DNA of 8,718 nucleotides from a virus (Duplodnaviria; Heunggongvirae; Uroviricota; Caudoviricetes): IMG/VR virus record IMGVR_UViG_2671180458_000006; one strand, 5' to 3'. Shown piece by piece: positions 6,097 to 8,718 of this stretch (position 1 is its first letter; each line of letters starts with the position of its first letter). The notes under the pieces were generated by a model. It saw only the letters and a program-made list of their open reading frames with translations, ran no database searches and was not told where the DNA came from. The position numbers and the translations under genes were made by a program.

Positions 6097-7604
6097 TGGC
6101 AATCCTTGATGATGTGATTGGCGTTTTTTCACCAGGATGGAAAGCGGCAAGGCTGCGTTCCCGTGCGGTGATCCAGGCTTATGAGGCCGTAAAAACGACG
6201 CGGACACACAAAGCCCGACGGGAGAACCGAACTGCCGACCAGTTAAGCCAGTACGGGGCCGTGTCGTTACGTGAGCAGGCCCGTTACCTTGATAACAACC
6301 ACGATCTGGTTATTGGTGTATTTGACAAGCTGGAAGAACGGGTGGTGGGGAAAAACGGGATTATTGTCGAGCCACATCCGGTATTACGCAATGGGGCCAT
6401 TGCCCGTGACCTGGCTGCGGAGATTCGCACCCGATGGAGTGAATGGTCTGTCAGCCCGGAAGTCACCGGGCAGTTTACCCGTCCGATGCTGGAACGTCTG
6501 ATGCTTCGTACCTGGCTGCGCGATGGTGAGGTGTTTGCCCAGATGGTTTCCGGGCGCATAAACAGCCTGGCGCCTTCTGCCGGTGTTCATTTCTGGCTGG
6601 AGGCGCTCGAGCCGGACTTTATTCCCATGACCAGTGATGAGAGCAACAGGCTGAATCAGGGCGTGTTTGTTGATGACTGGGGGCGTCCCGAAAAATATCT
6701 GGTGTATAAAAGCCGTCCCGTATCCGGACGGCAGATGGAAACCAAAGAAGTGGATGCAGAGCGAATGCTGCATCTTAAATTTGTTCGCCGTCTGCACCAG
6801 ATGCGCGGGACGTCTTTGTTGTCCGGTGTGCTGATCCGCCTCAGTGCCCTGAAAGAATATGAAGATTCTGAGCTGACTGCAGCAAGGATCGCCGCTGCTC
6901 TGGGGATGTACATCCGGAAAGGCGACGGGCAGAGCTATGAACCGGATGGTAATGGCAGAAAGGAGAATGAACGTGAGCTTACCATTCAGCCGGGCATTAT
7001 TTACGACGATCTGAAACCCGGCGAAGAAATCGGAATGGTGAAGTCGGATCGCCCCAATCCTAACCTTGAAACTTTTCGTAATGGTCAGTTGCGTGCCGTG
7101 GCGGCGGGCAGTCGTCTGAGTTTTTCCAGTACAGCGCGCAACTATAACGGCACTTACAGCGCCCAGCGTCAGGAGCTGGTTGAATCCACTGATGGCTACC
7201 TGATCCTGCAGGACTGGTTTATTGGTGCCGTCACCCGCCCGATGTATCGTGCATGGCTGAAACAGGCTGTGGCATCCGGTGTTATCAGGCTACCCCGCGA
7301 TCTTGACCGTTCTTCACTGTATACCGCGGTGTATTCCGGACCAGTGATGCCGTGGATTGACCCTGTTAAGGAGGCTGAGGCCTGGAAAATCCAGATTCGT
7401 GGTGGAGCGGCGACAGAATCAGACTGGGTACGTGCTGGTGGTCGTAATCCGGATGATGTCAAACGTCGGCGCAAGGCCGAAATTGATGAAAACCGCAATC
7501 TGGATCTGGTATTTGATACCGATCCGGCCAGTGATAAAGGAGGCAGTAGTGCCGCAACGAAACGACAGGAGCCGCAGCACACCGACGACCAGTCCGAAGA
7601 ATAA
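6096..7604 (+). CDS. Portal protein (lambda gpB-like family)
   Basis: 502-aa ORF starting at ATG 6096, overlapping the gpW-like stop (TGATG), with GAGG 5 nt upstream. Position after terminase and W, and size, fit a lambda-type portal. The track start at 6024 would overlap W by 72 nt and is less likely. Confidence 0.8.
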   Translation: MAILDDVIGVFSPGWKAARLRSRAVIQAYEAVKTTRTHKARRENRTADQLSQYGAVSLREQARYLDNNHDLVIGVFDKLEERVVGKNGIIVEPHPVLRNGAIARDLAAEIRTRWSEWSVSPEVTGQFTRPMLERLMLRTWLRDGEVFAQMVSGRINSLAPSAGVHFWLEALEPDFIPMTSDESNRLNQGVFVDDWGRPEKYLVYKSRPVSGRQMETKEVDAERMLHLKFVRRLHQMRGTSLLSGVLIRLSALKEYEDSELTAARIAAALGMYIRKGDGQSYEPDGNGRKENERELTIQPGIIYDDLKPGEEIGMVKSDRPNPNLETFRNGQLRAVAAGSRLSFSSTARNYNGTYSAQRQELVESTDGYLILQDWFIGAVTRPMYRAWLKQAVASGVIRLPRDLDRSSLYTAVYSGPVMPWIDPVKEAEAWKIQIRGGAATESDWVRAGGRNPDDVKRRRKAEIDENRNLDLVFDTDPASDKGGSSAATKRQEPQHTDDQSEE

Positions 7605-7617
7605 TTCCTGGTTCAGG

Positions 7618-8697
7618 ATGCAGGCTGGTCACCAGAGTGACGCGGATATTTATATTTATGACGAGATTGGTTTCTGGGGTGTTACAGCGAAGCAGTTTAT
7701 CAGTGATCTGAATGCACTGGGCGATATCACCCACATTAATCTCCATATTAATTCACCGGGTGGCGATGTCTTTGAAGGCATCGCCATTTTTAATGCGCTG
7801 AAAACACATGGTGCGTCCATTACCGTTTATGTCGACGGTGTGGCGGCGTCAATGGCGTCGGTCATTGCGATGGTAGGAAACCCGGTCATTATGCCGGAAA
7901 ACACCTTCATGATGATTCATAAACCATTTGGCTTTACGGGCGGTGATGCGGAGGACATGCGCACCTATGCCGACCTGCTCGATAGAGTTGAGGCGGTTCT
8001 GTTACCCGCTTATGCACAGAAAACCGGGAAAACCACCGATGAAATTGCTGCCATGCTGGCGGATGAGACCTGGATGTCCGGTGCCGAATGTCTGGCACAG
8101 GGATTTGCTGATCAGGTGACACCAGCCGTTAAGGCAATGGCATGTATTCAGTCAAAACGTACAGAGGAATTTAAAAAGATGCCGGAATCCATTCGAAATA
8201 TGATTACTCCGCCACGCAACAGTGCTCCACGCGTACAGGATGATGGACCTGCAGCCTCCCGGACGCCAGTGCAGGCAGCAGCACCCGTGGTGGATGAAAA
8301 CAGCATCCGTGCGCAGGTCCTGGCAGAGCAAAAAGCGCGTGTAAACGGTATTAATGATCTGTTTGCCATGTTTGGCGGGCGTTATCAGTCGTTGCAGGCT
8401 CAGTGTCTTGCCGATCCTGAATGTTCGCTGGAGCAGGCCCGCGAAAAGCTGTTGAACGAGATGGGGCGCGAGTCCACGCCATCCAATAAAAATACCCCGG
8501 CTCATATTTATGCCGGTAACGGTAATTTTGTGGGGGACGGGATCCGCCAGGCGCTGATGGCGCGCGCCGGGTTTGAAAAAACTGAACGTGATAATGTCTA
8601 CAACGGGATGACCCTGCGTGAATATGCCCGTATGTCACTGACTGAACGTGGTATTGGTGTTTCCAGTTATAACCCGATGCAGATGGTCGGTGTGTAG
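7618..8697 (+). CDS. Second ClpP-like prohead protease / scaffold / capsid fusion paralog, 3'-truncated (apparently by IS insertion)
   Basis: Starts at ATG 7618; the track start at 7357 overlaps the portal and precedes the homology. It aligns along its length with the N-terminal ~330 aa of the 2415-4304 protein at roughly 50% identity, with the same SPGGD, GVAASMAS and MMIHKP motifs and a ~40-aa insertion. Homology ends abruptly at ...SYNPMQMVGV, where the sequence becomes IS-end-like, and the TAG stop (8695-8697) lies inside the putative IS terminus. Confidence 0.8.
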   Translation: MQAGHQSDADIYIYDEIGFWGVTAKQFISDLNALGDITHINLHINSPGGDVFEGIAIFNALKTHGASITVYVDGVAASMASVIAMVGNPVIMPENTFMMIHKPFGFTGGDAEDMRTYADLLDRVEAVLLPAYAQKTGKTTDEIAAMLADETWMSGAECLAQGFADQVTPAVKAMACIQSKRTEEFKKMPESIRNMITPPRNSAPRVQDDGPAASRTPVQAAAPVVDENSIRAQVLAEQKARVNGINDLFAMFGGRYQSLQAQCLADPECSLEQAREKLLNEMGRESTPSNKNTPAHIYAGNGNFVGDGIRQALMARAGFEKTERDNVYNGMTLREYARMSLTERGIGVSSYNPMQMVGV

Positions 8698-8718
8698 TGG
8701 CACACTAAATTTGGCCAC
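8693..8718 (+). mobile_element. Left terminal inverted repeat of an IS3-family element (IS911-like), partial at window end
   Basis: TGTAGTGGCACACTAAATTTGGCCAC (8693-8718) matches my recollection of the IS911 left end TGAAGTGGCACACTGAATTTGGCCAC at 24 of 26 positions, including the terminal TG. It coincides with the point where the capsid paralog loses homology. Only 26 bp are visible and the match is from memory. Confidence 0.5.

Noticed and set aside
5995-7582. Minus-strand ORFs (5995..6207, 6284..6559, 6384..6797, 6656..6913, 7196..7582) and + ORF 6271..6501 within W and portal
   Set aside because: Antisense or alternative-frame ORFs inside a portal gene; the compositions are GC-frame artefacts.
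7357-7617. Start at 7357 for the second protease-capsid ORF
   Set aside because: That stretch overlaps the portal gene in another frame, and homology to the 2415 paralog begins at ATG 7618, right after the portal stop.
7459-8638. ORFs 7459..7746 (-), 7928..8119 (+), 7934..8122 (-), 8148..8369 (-), 8152..8505 (-) and 8351..8638 (-) inside the second protease gene
   Set aside because: Embedded in or antisense to a CDS supported by strong paralog alignment and catalytic motifs.
7618-8697. Identification of this gene as lambda gpC (S49 minor capsid protease)
   Set aside because: The motifs (AASMAS serine, MMIHKP histidine) are ClpP/S14-like and the protein is co-linear with the protease-capsid fusion at 2415-4304, so a gpC call is not supported despite the equivalent gene position.

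Overview
All confidently coding sequence is on the + strand and is phage or satellite derived; I see no tRNA, rRNA or CRISPR. Calls rest on reading the sequence and recalled family motifs, not on any search. Left part (1-1757): the 3' end of a P4 alpha-type primase-helicase gene, an AT-rich array of at least 9 TGTTCACC octamers in both orientations (origin-like iterons), a small ORF and an SSB gene with the acidic ...DNIPF tail. Middle (1772-4405): a lambda-type cos-like element (cosQ-like GGGTCCT, then ACGGGGCGG cosN-like core 28 bp later) occurs twice as ~92% identical ~75-bp direct repeats, each abutting an intrinsic terminator. The two copies bracket a 64-aa ORF with Nu1-like features and a 629-aa ClpP-like protease / major capsid fusion gene. 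Right part (4406-8718): a lambdoid head-packaging remnant with only the C-terminal part of a GpA-family large terminase (no terS, no ATPase domain), a gpW-like gene, a portal gene, and a second, diverged protease-capsid paralog. That paralog is cut off at about 8693 by what looks like the left inverted repeat of an IS911-like (IS3 family) element running off the window. My interpretation is a mosaic of a P4/PICI-like satellite replication module, a cos-flanked capsid cassette and a degraded lambdoid head module; the duplicated cos site and stand-alone capsid cassette are the most interesting part.
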